Origin: Eubacteriales bacterium
Lineage (GTDB): Bacteria > Bacillota > Clostridia > Oscillospirales > CAG-272
Assembly: GCA_045653805.1 (NCBI GenBank)
Contig: JAZOMF010000075.1
Location: forward strand, 1,112-65,111
DNA: 64,000 bases
Direction of reading: 5' to 3'
The notes under the pieces were generated by a model, which saw only the letters and a list, made by a program, of their open reading frames with translations, was not told the DNA's origin and made no database searches. Both the position numbers and the translations under genes were made by a program. Shown in pieces: positions 63,287 to 64,000 of the stretch. Each line of letters opens with the position of its first letter. Position 1 is the first letter of the stretch.

Positions 63287-64000
63287 ATGAACTACCAAAT
63301 TTTATTCATCGCCTTTGCAATTTTGGGTGGCGCGTATTCGACAGTTTTAAATATCGTAAGATATCGCTCCTCCAATAACCCCACACCTGAAAGTGTATCT
63401 GACGTTTATGATTCCGAGACCTACGCAAAATGGAAGAAATACAGTGCAGAGCATTGTATCGTTGATATAATCTCTTCCTCTCTGTCTTGCATTATAACCG
63501 TAACGCTTTTGGCGACTAATGCATATTCCGCATTCGCATCTCTTTTCTCCGACAACATATTTATGCAACTCCTCGCTACTGTTCTGCTTGAGATTGCAGT
63601 TGGAACTGTGATGGAATGTATCTTCAGCTACATCAGCACTATGAAGATAGAGCAGAAATACGGTTTTAATCGCTCGTCATTTAAGACCTTTATTTTCGAC
63701 CGTATTCGTTCCATAGTTTTAGGGCTTATACTTTCAATCGCCCTCGCATGCCTTATTTGGCTCGGCCATTGGCTAACCGGAAACTTTATGATAATTGCTC
63801 TGGCGGCAGTCTTACTGGTGTTTACACTCCTTGTGTCATTTCTTTTCCCATTCCTCAGCAGAATTGGAAACAAGTTCACACCTCTTGGAGAGGGCGAGCT
63901 GAAGGAAAAGCTTAAGGCTCTTCTCACAAAGCACGGATACAACGTGAGAGCTATTGAAGTAATGGACGCTTCAAGAAGAACCACCAAGTCAAACGCCTAT
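63287..64000 (+). CDS. M48 (Ste24/HtpX-like) membrane metalloprotease, 3'-truncated by window end (not in ORF track)
   Basis: AAGGAGA RBS and ATG at 63287, with 238 codons open to the end of the window. It is polytopic and ends ...RRTTKSNAY, the segment that precedes HExxH in Ste24-type enzymes. Confidence 0.7.
   Translation, partial: MNYQILFIAFAILGGAYSTVLNIVRYRSSNNPTPESVSDVYDSETYAKWKKYSAEHCIVDIISSSLSCIITVTLLATNAYSAFASLFSDNIFMQLLATVLLEIAVGTVMECIFSYISTMKIEQKYGFNRSSFKTFIFDRIRSIVLGLILSIALACLIWLGHWLTGNFMIIALAAVLLVFTLLVSFLFPFLSRIGNKFTPLGEGELKEKLKALLTKHGYNVRAIEVMDASRRTTKSNAY

Overview
The window looks like a 64-kb chromosomal segment of a low/moderate-GC Firmicute, probably Clostridia. This is inferred from AGGAGG-type ribosome binding sites (RBS), TTGACA-N17-TATAAT promoters, and the presence of RqcH, RmuC, PcrA and a GH25 lysin; I ran no database search. 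I call about 58 protein genes, one tRNA-Arg(CCT) and many intrinsic terminators. Most genes are housekeeping: lexA, nrdG/nrdD, sufCB, trxA, typA, rsmA, mnmA, trmL, secA, pcrA, rplM-rpsI, gpmI, tcdA, dusB, murE, glgB, nadE, rqcH and pantothenate kinase. TAA is by far the dominant stop codon. Long antisense ORFs in the track are codon-bias artefacts.

Five observations stand out:
- **Cassette array at rpsI (35.70-38.17 kb).** An AT-rich array of small genes sits directly behind rpsI. Each gene has its own near-identical portable promoter and 5'UTR. The array is punctuated by two extra copies of the last 13 nt of rpsI plus its terminator, by an iteron-rich module, and by CTAC-tailed GC-rich palindromes. 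This resembles site-specific accretion of integrase-less cassettes at an rpsI attachment site. No recombinase gene lies in the window.
- **Redox neighbourhood around the class III ribonucleotide reductase.** It contains NrdD with a fused C-terminal CPNC redoxin domain, a TrxR-like flavoprotein lacking the NADPH HRRxxxR motif, sufC-sufBD followed by a 65-aa ferredoxin:thioredoxin-reductase-like protein with three CxC pairs, and a thioredoxin.
- **secA carries an in-frame TAG** at a conserved acidic position.
- **Two small genes missing from the ORF track.** One is a 42-aa Q/N/K-rich peptide. The other is a 37-aa hydrophobic, type-I-toxin-like peptide with a perfect consensus promoter.
- **tRNA-Arg(CCT) has an unusual context.** Its 3' end forms part of a 27-bp perfect inverted repeat, and 10-bp direct repeats flank the unit.
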